Of a stretch of 64,000 bases of DNA, positions 9,701 through 23,048 are shown in pieces; within the stretch, counting starts at the first letter, position 1, and every line of letters begins with the position of its first letter. Below the pieces are notes generated by a model. The model had not been told where the DNA came from and searched no databases. It saw nothing but the letters and a program-made list of their open reading frames with translations. The DNA comes from Daphnia carinata (Eukaryota), in the NCBI RefSeq assembly GCF_022539665.2, contig NC_081334.1, positions 2,914,001 through 2,978,000 of the forward strand, read 5' to 3'. A program made the position numbers and the translations under genes.

Positions 9701-11300
9701 ACATTGCTTCATACACTTCAGATAGCGCTTCCAATTGTTTATCTCGATAACGAGGATCCTCTACGTGAAAGCAGCATGATGCAAACCTGAAGTCCCACAT
9801 CCACCTCAGTTAAAAACTAAAACTTCACTAGCACACCAGGGTTTGAAGAATGCGATGAGCACTCGGGTCACGGCTGTAGAAACCTGTGGAACTGCACGTG
9901 TTACGGTCCAATCCTCTTATACCCAAATGGAAAGTATTCAAGTAAAAACTTCTATGCAATTACCTGATATGGCCAAGTAGTATGCCAGTACACAGACGCT
10001 CCAGGAGGCTGGGATGTACTGTCATGAGGCAATCCAGTACTAACCGCCATCTAGCGGGTTGATTTTCAACAGCTAACCGCCAGCTAGAGGTTTGAATTTC
10101 AACAGCAAAACCACCATCTAGCGAACAGATTTCCAACGTCAACAAACACCTTCTAGCGGATGGATTTTCAACACTAGGAATCGTCGTCTGTTAAGTTGAT
10201 TTATCGCCATCTAGCGGATGGATTTCGAATCGCAGCACCGACATCTAGGGGGCGTTCCAACCACACAAACGCCATCTAGTGTGATTATTTTTATCCACTA
10301 CATAGCCATCTAGTGTAGTTCTCATCCACAAGAAATCCATCTATAATCGCGATTCCCATCCACAGCAGCCTGGTTTGCTATAACCAGCACACCATTTAGT
10401 TAGTGGGTCTCGTCGGCGTCAATTCATTAACATACGGAAGTCTAAATTTCAAATACCGTTTGAGCTGACTATGTACCAATACTGATATAATACCAAATCA
10501 TTGAGAGGTTTGTTCATATTCGGGTGCGACATCTAAAGTTGCAAACTCTTGATGAAATGGACACCCTAATTATTATACTCTTCCTTCAGCAAAGAAAAAT
10601 ATGAGTGTTTTTTAATACTTCAATAATTGCTAGAAATAAACTAAGTAGAAAGCTGGTGGCTTTAACTAGAAACGCCATACCTTGTGTAAAAGAGTGCACA
10701 CGGTATCCCATCCATGGTGCCAACAAATGCTATTTCCAGCACAACCAGAAACTTTGAAAATTTTCTTGCCCAAATTGCTGATCACTTTTTTAACACCAAC
10801 ATTTATAACCTTTTACATTTCTGTAATAACATATATAAAAAAGATAATTACAATTGTATCACCCTTTGACATCAATACCTGTTCAACCTAGGCAGGTTAG
10901 ATGAAATATCCAAATTGCATCAATGGCAATAATTTTCCACTTCAAATTCCAAAAGAGCATTTAAATACAAATTTTAAATGCTGATTGTCTTTGAGTGCCA
11001 GAACATTACCTAAAATAAGAGGACCACACTGTCAAAACAATTGTAATTGGTGTAACTAAGAAGCAAAATGAAAGAATTGAACTAACTTCAATCTTTACCC
11101 TTCTCAGAAAAGTTGCATTCGTCATTGTCTTTTAGCAACTTCGGCTTTCGAATGTTCTAAAGCTTTTCGAACAAATTGCGATACCCCATTTTCGCTGCAT
11201 ACGTGTGCAGTTGTAAATTTTCAATTTCTGGTACTGTTAACGGTTTTTTGGCCTGCCTTGAAATCTTATCGTTGACGTTCTAAGCACGGGTCAAAGAAAT
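6750..11300 (-). pseudogene. Scattered decayed exon-like segments on the minus strand (unknown gene or transposon remnants)
   Basis: Short AG/GT-bounded segments with protein-like translations interrupted by stops (e.g. SASSSAVLEFLCRKNFRVYRHARFKQ ~7850-7980; CCFHVEDPRYRDKQLEALSEVYEAML ~9650-9780). No family recognised. Confidence 0.2.
10044..10347 (-). repeat. Tandem array (about 10 units, mostly 31-35 bp period) each carrying a CTCF-like motif
   Basis: Units start at 10044, 10077, 10111, 10146, (10181 degenerate), 10204, 10238, 10269, 10303, 10334. The + strand core CGCCATCTAGCGG is the reverse complement of CCGCTAGATGGCG, matching the CTCF core CCRCYAGRKGGCR. Confidence 0.75.
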
Positions 11301-14300
11301 ATGAAATGGTGATGAGCACGAGTGTGGCGTAGGTTTAAAGATGTGTCTGAACCCCTTAGCTCTGAACACGTTGCCGGCAACTTGGAACTAAGGTACTGTA
11401 ACGTACCAGTGAGTCAGTGACGTGAATTTAACTCCTGGTATACTGGCATTTAGCAATGTTGCATTTTAATGGAACGAAAAAACTTAAGCAAACAAATTAA
11501 ATACTTTTAAACTACTTTTTTTAGTCGATACTATGAATTAGATGAGTCACCACTCACCAGCTCACCACGTCACCACGTCACCATCACCATTCACTGATTA
11601 AAAAATATTTCGGTGTGGCAATGTTGCCTATGTTGATTGCCAATTTTAATACTGCTGCTCTATTCCTTTTAATCTTTTTCGTACCACACGAAGAAATATA
11701 ATTTCTTAATTTATCGCACGAAACACTTTTTTGAATGGTTGCTTTAGTCTTTTTATTTTAGTTTCAGAAAAACGAAAAATATACAATGATGGCAATCGAA
11801 ATTTCAACGACAACAAAATGTCGAATAGAAATCGGAGTCGACACAGTCCAATAGTTGGCGGAAAACTGCGTCGTCCAAAATTCACATACTTATATGCAAT
11901 GAATAGCCCTAGATTAAACCTAGCCACTTGTATATAACTTGTAATTCAATATTCATAACCAAACGGGTTGAGACACAAAGTGATTCGGGCTTTTCCGCCC
12001 CCAGGGCCACAATACAGAGGTATAAACACGAACCCAAACGACAATGTAATGCATTTACAACCAAGGTGTCTCAGTCAAAAACTAACTTGACGTCCTCATT
12101 CAACATCAGGCAAATGCAAAAGATGCTATATGGCACCACTGAGCAAAACACAGAAATGTTTCCGAGAAAAATGTTTGAGCATTCTCTAACAGTCATTGTC
12201 CCTGCTTAATACTCTAAGAAGAGACTCGGCTTTTACACTCTCCCCTTGATCAATTCAAATTCAGTCAGGAATTTGGTTGCTGTGGTCTAGTAGCTCTTAG
12301 GCTCTTGTCACAACATTTGTTCAAGTTGTCCACTCTCTATACGAACAGTTCGAACTGAGAATCAACGAACCAGGTGATGAAGCCCAACGGATTACAAAAG
12401 CCTTCACAAAAGGCAAGCATAGCAACAACCAGACATCGGCAAGAAGAATGCAGACCATAGCCGCTACACAGGGAAAGTTGCCGTCCATTACACTATAGGA
12501 AGAACTACAAGAATACACCACTCAATCAATGTGTAGCCTACCACATCTTTAGCATCTGTCTCGTGCAGTCACTTGTTCGAGGAAACCGTTAAAAAAAAAA
12601 ACGAAAACCGACGGTGGCATTCAAGTGGGTGCAGACAATGAAAAAAATATTCGAGCACTTGAAAATTAAAGTCGTTGGCCACTGGCCAAGTACAACATTC
12701 GATCACTTTCAACCCATATTCTTAATACGAAATGTTTTCAGGATCAATAGGTTGTTTCTTTTTTTAGGCCATCACTAAATCGCATAGACACACACACACA
12801 CACACACAAAAAGGGAGAACAAACGGACACATTTTTCGGATCGCTAATCGCCGTGTGAATGGCTCGTCGAGTTTGAATTGGGTGTGACACGCGCGACTCG
12901 TGCCCTGTCCATCTGCATCAATAACATTCCGGATGGGCATCCACACCAGATTCAACACGCACATTTTTTTTTCTTTTTTGTATGGCCAACAAAATGGCCT
13001 CTGCCCGAATCCTGAGTTGATGGTACATAACCGAAGAATACAATAGCCCCAGTAACTCTCTCGCTAGGCTCTGTGTAGATACAAGTTCCATACATAGTGC
13101 GGAACTAAATATCGGATTAAATCTTTGTGTGTCTACCGGACGGTCGGAGGTAAAGGGAGGGGGGGGGGGGAGAAATGAGAGGATCTATTATATAGACTCA
13201 ATTGAAAAGCGATGTACTGTATATATATAGAGAGAAGTATATAGAAATAGGAAGGGATAATTAATTCCGGTAGAGAGCCGGAAAAGAGAAAAGTAGCAAG
13301 GGGCTGCTCTATAGAGTTTTCTTCATATGTATACGTAACTTTGTCCTTCCCTCCCCACTCTCTCTCTAGCATTTGTATTGTGTCTGTGTGTCGGTGTGTT
13401 CCTGTGCTGGTCTGGAGCAGTCGAATCATTATACGGATGATTAAACATGGCGTACGGTTATAACGAGACACGCCATCAGTGCCGGTTAAGTCTTGCACAT
13501 CACAACAGCCCGTCTCCGTATATACATGGCTGTGCCTACTAACTTAATCATCTCGATTTCACGAGTCCATCACATAATGAACAAGTCTTTTGTAGTGTAC
13601 GTAACGGACTAGTATGAGTAGCATAATGATTTCCGGGGAACTGCTGTTTTATTTTATTTTTTTTCAATGTTTCCTCATTTGCTGAGCTTGAAACGAGAAA
13701 ATGCGTGCATTAAATTCAATCGGGGAATCTGTTTGCGATTTTGTGGCATCCCAACATGCAACAGGGCATATCACTTTTACAGGTGTAACGATAGATGCAA
13801 ATTCGTGGCGACTTATTTTCGTGTATGATGGTAAAATGGTGGAATGGATCAACTGATTCGCAACACAACTGCTGCACAACAGTTTCGGTTATTTTCTTTA
13901 AATGGAATCAAATACTTCCTTAATAAACGAACGTTTAAACACACACTCAGATTCAGGCTTTTAAAGCGCATTTCACGTGAAAGTACGATAGAAAGAACTC
14001 CCCCCTCTCTATAATAATAATAATAATACAAAAAAAAAAAGGGAATCACACGCATTCAACTGTATATCCATCCGGAGAGGAAGAAAAATATGGGAAAAGG
14101 GGGCCGCTCGATGCGAACGGGAATCAAAGAAACTCTATACATCGACACAATGTCGAGAGAAAAAAAGAGATTCATCGTTGGAAAATGTTTTTTTGAAAAA
14201 AATCTAAAACGAAACAAAATATCCGAACCATCAGTCGGCGTAACAAGCAAATACAAGAAATGTGGATATCTGTCTAATACACGAGAAAGGGGGAGTGGGG

Positions 14301-17300
14301 CAGGGCGAAACGTGTGTGTATAGATCTAGAACCTGCTGTGTGTGTAATAACAGCCGCATCGGGATTCAAACACTTGCACACACACACAGCACCACGAAAA
14401 AAAAAAATAGGAAAAAAAGGTGCTGATCGGATGGTGTCGATAATGGAGCTCTCACCCTCTTTAGTCGCTTTGCCTGGCATGGATGACGTACAGAAAAATA
14501 TATACAAGAACACGGCACGGCACACACACACACACAGACACACAAAAGACAGCACTTAACTTGTTGAAGGCGGCTCTTTTTTTCTATTCTGCTGTCCTGT
14601 TAGCACTTGGATCTTTTCGTTTAGAACTTCGTTTAGTTCCCCTTCTTTTTTCTTGTTGGCTTCTATACGTACGCCGACATACAGACACACACACAAAAAA
14701 GGAAGGGAAAAGAATTCCTGGACAACAATCTCGACACCGCCATCAACCGGCGATTGCTCACAGCGCGTTTATTATTGTTCATTTTTCTTTATTCAAATCA
14801 TGTGTGTTATTATTGTGGTATACGAAATTGAAAAAAAAAGCAGCAACACCTGCAACGCACCAGAGAAATTCTTCGATAGATAAACATTTTTTTTTTTTTA
14901 TTTACAAATTGTTTTTCTTAAGGCATCGTCGTTTGATGCTGTGCGGGGCCGTGACTCCGCAATTTGTGTTTAAAGCCGATACGATAAAACGCGGAAGAAA
15001 AACAATTGCAAACTTATTGGAATGTATATTCCGATTCATTCGATAATGACGATCAAGATATAAAAACCATACGCTTTCAAGTGGGTTATCTTCCCTATAT
15101 GGTGCGGAGCTCATAAAACTCACGCTGCATCACGAAAAGAATTCATCTTTTCCCCTGGTGGTCTGTTAGAAAGGCGAAATGTTGGCCGCATGTCGAGCGC
15201 ATTTTTGGAAAACGAACATGTTTAAGATGGTGAGATCGTTCGTTGATTAAAAAGCAAACCCGCCCGTCGGTTTGTAACATAACACACACACACACACACA
15301 CACACGCAGCAGAGGAGAACAAGCTGCACAGCGTTCATTCTCCTTTTGATCAAGGGAAAAAAAATATATATTTATAAGCGGATTGGACCAACGGTGCCGA
15401 ATTCCCTAAAGCAGCCCATCAGGAGTTGGCCCCGCCGTGATGAAAGAGCTGCCTTTCTGATTGGCTAGCCCGTTCAATAGACGTCGACTCCCTTCTTCTT
15501 CTTGTTACGTGTATATGTATACTAACACACAGCGTAGCGCCAGCGCTCTTGTGTATTTAGTGAATTGGGTCCCCGGCAAGAGTCCCCAAATAGACATAAC
15601 TCCTTTTGATATACGTGTATATATATATATGCTGCACGATGGTATATACATTTATATATAACCGCTTGTAAATATGATCCAACACACAAGACACACAAGC
15701 GCATCACGTTCTACATGTGTGTGGCTTCTAGAGAGAGAAAAATCTTCTGATGTGCTGGAGTATCAAAGCTGGAAAATGAGATTCGAACGGCTTCCCCTAT
15801 GTTGTGATAAAAAACCACTGCCGAGCCGATTAATGAAACTCCCGCGGGAAGCTTGCTTGCTCGTCTATATATATTTATACACCGTATTTCCTCTTTGCTT
15901 CTTGCGTGCGTTCGAATCAATCTTTCTGCGCTTGAAAAATACTCAACTTTTCTATTTTTTTTTTTTTATGCACACGGCGATAATCTAATGGACCATCAGG
16001 AAAAGTTGGTAATAGACCGCGCAGCCCATTGATCGAGCGTGTAACATCAGAGTGAAATAGAGCTAGACATTCGGATCAGATATGCAGCCCGTAAAAATAA
16101 GAACCGTATACTCGGAATTGTGTGATTTCTTCCTCAACTTCTCGAGAATGCGTTTGTGGGTCCTGGAAAGAGATATACGTCTTTGATCAGAGCTTGTCAT
16201 TGATTTTCTTATATCTACAGGAATGGAGCAGCTGTTTTTTTTTGGGGGGGGTATTTCTATATTTGAAAGGTACTCTTTTATTATGATTCTTTACGAGGAA
16301 TAAAATTTATTTAAAAAAAACGGAGATTGGTACGTTTTTAAACGTCAATACCTGGGTCTTGCGAGAAACATACATAAAAGGGCAAGGCCCAATGGAAGGG
16401 CTTCTACGGCAAAGAAAAAAAAATGGCCCCTCAAAAAGGGACGAGAACATAATGACGTCCTTTTGTGTAGGTTCTGATGGTCGTGAAAAGAGCTATAGTG
16501 CAGTACTATAACCCTTGATGGACAATGTCAAAGCCCCCCCCCCCCCATTCTTGCTGCTGGGCCTACACACAAAAAAGGGGTAGAGCCAATCAGCTAAAGG
16601 TCAATCGCGAGCTGCTATACACATTTCTTTTTTTTTTTTAGAATATACACATCACATGGCAAAGTGGTGGGAAACAGCTTTCGGCACCAGAAGGCGTTAA
16701 AAGGTTTTGACATGGACCTTTTGGCCCATCATATGTCAGCGAATGATTCCTCCATTTTTTACTCTCTTTTATACACAGCACGAAAAAGATTAAAAGCGTG
16801 CGTATTATATTCTCCTATCAAAAGCCAGCAGACTTAATTATTGTGCTGGGGCAGGCGCTTTTTCAATTGCAACCAAATGGCTTCCGGTTGGTTCTGTTTT
16901 GGTCCACCAACATTCGAACGCTTGCGTCCGTTAAGAGCAGCAATTTTTCGAGATGCTCTTTTAATATACATGAAAAGAACTTAATAAAATATTAAATAAG
17001 TTGGGCCATAACTCTGAAGTGGCCAGTCGTTTCCAACACGTCATCAAACGAAAATCTTTATTTATATTATTGATACATAATATAGGGGTTTGTTTAGACA
17101 CGTGCAGAGGACATTTTCTTTTCTCGTTCAACCTATTCATCATTGTTCATTGTGGTGTTGGGTTTGAGCGTGTCGATCTATTCGGAAAAAGCCAACGAAC
17201 AATTGAAATTCGAGTCGAATTTCTTTGTTACGCGTCTAGTTATGTATAGGAGGGCCGGCTGCGGATGCGCGTAAATATAGAACACTTATACAGATGAGAG

Positions 17301-20300
17301 TTTACTGGTCTTGTGGTGTGTAGCTTGAAGTTGATACGAGTGCCTGACACAATATTTAGTTTTTCGGTTTTGATGGCCCGACATCTTTTTCCAACACTCG
17401 CTAAATAGAATAAAAAGAGCAACCGTTCCGAAAAGAGAAAGAAAAAAAAATTGGTTCAATAAAGAAAAAGCGCATACGTTGCTGTTAGAGTGCCATAATC
17501 TTTCTCTTTTGATGAAAAGAAGCACAATATATATCGATATTTTTGGAACAGAAGAAATGTTTCAAAAAAAAAGGTGAAGATTCAACAGAACTAAAGTCCC
17601 TTTTTCATATATCTGAATAGAGTAAACGTGCCAAAATGTGAATACTTAAAGAATTTTGTGTGTGTGTGTGTGTGTCGAGGCATTCGATAATCTGCGCATG
17701 CATACAAACGTCCAGGGGATATTCTATTGATTATTTTTATAGCTGAAACCAGCAGGAGGTATCATTCCATCGAGTGTGTCTGGTATGTGTATAGCTGCTT
17801 GTCCCCCTGTTTTACATATATGTGATAGTCCAATTGTCCGTACACACACACAAAGTGGCCCAACAAATTCCCTCATTTCGATGGATTCAGAGGAAGGAAG
17901 AGGAAATATCCGGAGGTATTTTTTCTATACTGGACATTTGCTGACCACGGGCTTTTTTTTTTTTCAACAAAAGGGAGGACCTCAACATCTAAAGACGCGT
18001 TGAAGAGGAAATATAATGAAAACAGACAAGGGCCATGACAATGGATCAAGTGTAAAGAGACTTGCCCCCCCTCTCTTTTCTTGTTCTTTCAGACTCTTAT
18101 CACAACGATGTACATCGGAGGATCCAAATCAATGCTGACAGATCGTACCATATAGGATTTATTGCTATCTGCAAAGACATCTTTGTTAGTCCCCCCCCCT
18201 AACCTTTTTGTGTGTCTTGATCGTTGTACTTAGAGGTGTGAAAATCGACCCGATTGGCCCCATTCACACGAACAACTTCTTCCTCTCTCTCTCTCTCGAT
18301 CAATGATCGGTCGAATTTCACGCGATCGTTTCACGATTTATCGGGTTAATTATACGAGCCAATCAAACGTCCGAACTTCGATCGCCAACATTTTGGATTT
18401 TTCTTTTGTTCTCGTGATAATTCAAAACAGAAAGTTGTTTGGGCTCGATAGGATTACGTGCAACGTGAAAGATCATTTCTTTTGTTCTCACATCAAATAT
18501 GGAAAACTTGTTTTGACCGTGTTGTGTGTATACACGCCGAACAGCTCCCCACAACATCACAGAGGACCATCGAAAATCAAATTCGATGGGCATTAATCCA
18601 AAAAATAAAATAAAATAAGAAGAAGAGCATAGAACGTTTTTGTTGTCCTAAGTTCTGTAGGCAAAAAGCAACTGTCACGGATGAATCGAACCAGTCCCTC
18701 CCTTTTGATCGTCGAATTGAATTGGGTTTCAATTGGGAACATACAATAACACACCGTGTAGTCAACTGCTTTTTTTTTTCCCAGCAGAAAGAAGATGGAA
18801 GGGGGGATCTCCCCTGTCACTCTATTGAACCTTAAATAGGGTCGATGATTTGAGCTGATGATGGGTCTATGTATTTTGATTCATTCCTTTCCCCCTCCCA
18901 ACAGCACCGTGTTTTTCAATTGGCACGTTGACCTGAGATATATCAACGGGAGGTCAAGTATATATCTTTTTTAAATAAAAAAAAAAAAAAAGGGAAGCTA
19001 ACCCACAATGTTGTGCCTGCTGTACGCATTTTATAGGGCTCGTATTGAAAGGGGGGGTTGCTGATGGGATAGAGAACGTGTTTTGATAGGTTCCCAACTG
19101 TTTACACGATGACTGACAATAGATTCTATTATAAACAGACGTTCTAACCCATTTTTGTTCAGCGAAAGAATAATGATGTGTTGTATACTATTTAACTAGT
19201 TAACTGTTCAATTTTATCAATTGATTAGAGAATGAAAAGATTAGACCACCCCCTGACGTTCTTTTTAAGTACCCCAACACACGCTGCGGGATATTCCAGT
19301 ACGAAATTTTTCAAACATTTCAATATATAATTTCGGATAGCGATGGAGAAATGTTTTGAATACATATGTTATTGCTTTTTTTTTTTATTTGAAAAACCGG
19401 ATGTTTCCGTTTAAAGGACAGATTCTTCTTCCCCCGACAACATTTTTTCAATGTTCAATTTTTTAATTGAGTCGTTTGTCAAATCTCTTTCTGACTAAGA
19501 GGATTAGAAAGCACCCCTACCTCGAGAGGTGCGATAAGCTCGTCAGTTCGCCTGTCTTTTCTACAATCAGCAGGGATGTCCACAGCCTTCCTCGATTTCT
19601 TTTATTCCCACCTATATGATTTAATTTTACAGACAAAAAATGAAACATGAATCCTCTTCGGATGGTATATGGTGTTATGAGAACTCGAGACCCATGCAGA
19701 AGAGATCTGATTTAATTTGATTGATCCTTTTTTAAAAATAATTGATAGACAAAACAACGAGAGATCTATAACGAAGTGTTATGTTTCTCTGGGCCAAAGT
19801 GCGTGTTACGAAGTCCATACGCTGGGGAAGCTGATGTACATGTACGACCGTCAAACAAAGAACAGGATGATCCTCTTGTAATCCGCATTGCAAAAAAGGC
19901 TTGCGATTCATTTTTTTTTTTTTTAAGAGAGAGAGAGAGAGAGAACATCTTTAAGGCAAACGAAAATATGTGAAGAGTAAAGAAAAAAAAAAAAAGGATG
20001 TGTGTATGTGTATATTTTTGTATGTATCCAGCATCAACTATACGGGGCGGATACGCCCATCCTCGTGTCAAACACCATCGACAAGCCCTTTTTATTTATT
20101 TTTTTGAAGACGAGGAAGACAAAAGTTGCCATTTAAGAGAACGAGATGAAAAGAAAAAAAGATGGAGAGGAAGAGAGTAGTACATGTGAAAGAAAGTGAG
20201 AGATTGTCACACACAAGAAAAGGAAAAGAGAAAAAAAAAGGGGGGGGGGGGGGAATATAATGAAGAAGAATAGAGAGCCTAATCAACACAAAACACATCA

Positions 20301-22614
20301 CAGGGGCCAGGTGTTTTCTCCTCCTCCCCTTCTTCTTGTGTGTGTGTTCCGTTTGATTTGTCATTTTTCTTTTCTCTTTTTGCAAAAAAGAAGACGTTTT
20401 CCAGGAGCTGCTGTCAGCTTTTGATGGCTCAGCGAATATTTGAAAAATATTGACACCAACAAGTGACAAGCTACACACACACACACTAGCAGCTTTCTCT
20501 ATCTGTGTACACGTTCTAAATATTAGAATGTCTATAAGAAAATATGCATATACACACTCGGAGATCCTTCCGGGAACAGGCCTCTATGTGCGACAAACAA
20601 TGGCATTTTTTTGATGCTACAAACTGCTAAATTAGAACCTTTGATTGGCTCACAACAATTAGCGCTGTCTATCTCAGCACGAGACGTGTTGTTAAGCGCT
20701 TGATGAGCTTGATGTGTTTGCCAAAATCACCTGGATGATGAAAATGCCGAGCATTTTTCAATTTCTGTAATCCTTTCATTCAACAAAAAAAAAATATATA
20801 CCGTTAATATCAATCAAAATTCCTGAAATTTCCTCATCTTATTATATTTAGATCAATCAATTTAATGTCTTGTTTTTTTTTTAAAATACAAATCATTCCC
20901 GCATCGCAATAAAAAGAAAAATTTTCCGCTTGGAGCGGTTGCGACCTTCCGTTCCAACGGCGGATGTCGAATGATGTTCGCATCAGCGCACCGTTGAAAA
21001 CGGGCCTCTCTCTCTCTCTAATCGATTACATTATACACACACGCATAAACAGCTAGCTGCATACAGGGCTGGGATGTTCCAACACGACACATCTACACGC
21101 GCATATTTCGCTTTCATAATGTCGCCAACTACAACAGCAAAAAAAAAAAAAGAAAAACGGGTGGCATTCGTTCAACCGTCACTGATTATTACGCAACTTC
21201 ACTACGTTGACAACGTAACAACATTTCTTTTTTAGGGGACGCCGGCTTCTATTTTTATTTTTTTTTTTAACGAACATACACACACACACACACACAACAA
21301 GGAGTTTCTGCGCAACCGCCCTCCCCTCTCAGTTGCCGATGGCTCCTCCACCCACCCAAAATGTGTCCTACACTTGAACATACAAAAATGAAAACGATGT
21401 AATAACTATGAAAAGAGAAGCTAATAGAAAAAATAATCTTTGTACATAAAAAATAAAAAAATAAAAAATAAAGGATGTTGAGCTTTCTTTCTATACGTCA
21501 ATGCGCATCAGCTACCGCTGTATGAATTATAAGGACACACACACACACACACAAGAAAAAAAAAAAAGGAGCTTATGTTGCATAATAGAAACGACCGGCG
21601 ACACACACAATAGGTCTGCGCCGACATCATAATATACATGTGTGTGTAATTGGATTTGACCGAAAGAGGAAAGTTGACGACCATGTCTCCACCCCATCGC
21701 GCACATAACCCGACCAAAAACAGACAATATCTTTAAAAAAAAAAAATAGATGTGAGGATTGTATGTATTTCGTTGTCGAAGAATGCGCGGCATCACCATC
21801 GCTTTATTATATTTGTTGTAGAAGAAAAGAAAGAGGGGGGTGGGATGATTTGTTGCGGTTGATGATGGCCAAATCAAAAATGACACCGTCAACAAAAATC
21901 TAAAAACGTCTAACTCGGGGGGGGGGGGGGGCAAAGCGGTATGCAGTTGAATGATTACAGGCCATCGTATCATCGCGGCATGTATATAAATTAAGGGAAC
22001 TACATTTTGGAACTCTTGTTCACATGTGTGTATATCATCTCAATTATTTCCTTTTATTCGGGGGGAAGTTTGGCTTTTCGTATTTATACACACATCGGGC
22101 TGTGATGCGCATTGACTGTCGGTATGAAAAAAAAAAAACCTTTGTGATTACTAAAGCGACTAATGGCATTCCAATTGAAATGCCATCAAAATGCCCGAAT
22201 GATTTCCTTGAAATAAAACAAGAAAATAATCAAACCGGGGGCCACAACAACGAATCAAAGGCAGATGGGCAAGCGCATCCAAACGGGCGGGGAGGAGTCA
22301 TACTCATGTCCCCGGCTCTCCATTTTCCTTACAATCCACCTTGATTTTTTTTTTTTTTCTTCAGTCACGAACCCAAGCACAAATGGATGGCCCCCAAAAA
22401 CTCCGACAACAATAAAAAAAATCCCCCCCCCCTCCAAAAAAAAAAATAAACCGACAGCAAACAATAATGGACGGAATGGGAGGAGCTGACAAGGTAGCTA
22501 TAGATTTATTATTATTACATATTTTTTTTTTTTTTTTGGTAAGCGTTCGTAGGAAAAAATCCAAACGGATGGTGTGTCTGTGTGTGTGTGTGTGTGTGTA
22601 TACAAGGGGAGACG

Positions 22615-22760
22615 GAAGCCAATGGGAAAGAGTCGGCGATGGCTACGATGGGAGGAGTTGCAAGCTAACCTAACCAATCCGGCTGGATGCGGGGGGATGG
22701 CTTTATTTATTGTTGTATCTGGCAAAAGCCGGAGCTCGGCCCATCGTCAGCACACACACA
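22615..22760 (+). promoter_or_regulatory. Probable foxQ2 proximal promoter with paired CCAAT boxes
   Basis: AGCCAATGG (CCAAT 22619-22623) and AACCAATCC (22674-22678) in a GC-richer patch about 400 bp upstream of the ATG. TSS not determinable. Confidence 0.3.
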
Positions 22761-23048
22761 CACACACACAGACACATAGACAGAGACACACAGACACAAA
22801 CAAATAAAGATGCTGTTTGCCGCTGCTGGATGCTGAATTCCCTCGTTGGACGTCGACAAACCAACAGCTCTTGAAAACTGTGTTCCGAGTCTGGAACGCG
22901 CGCACAACACAAAATTCTATCGCATTCTGACTGGGCAGTTTTTTTTTTTTTTTTTTTTTAATTTCCCCCTTCAATTGTTTTTTTTTTTTTTTTTTTTATT
23001 TCGGATCGAATTCAAAAAAGAAAAATCAAGTGACAGTGTTCGTGTGTC

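Noticed and set aside
10044..10347. CRISPR-like repeat-spacer array
   Set aside because: Eukaryotic context, no cas genes, repeats are short and degenerate, and neighbouring spacers are related to each other.
11545..11596. TCACCA(CG) short repeat run
   Set aside because: Simple degenerate microsatellite with no further structure.
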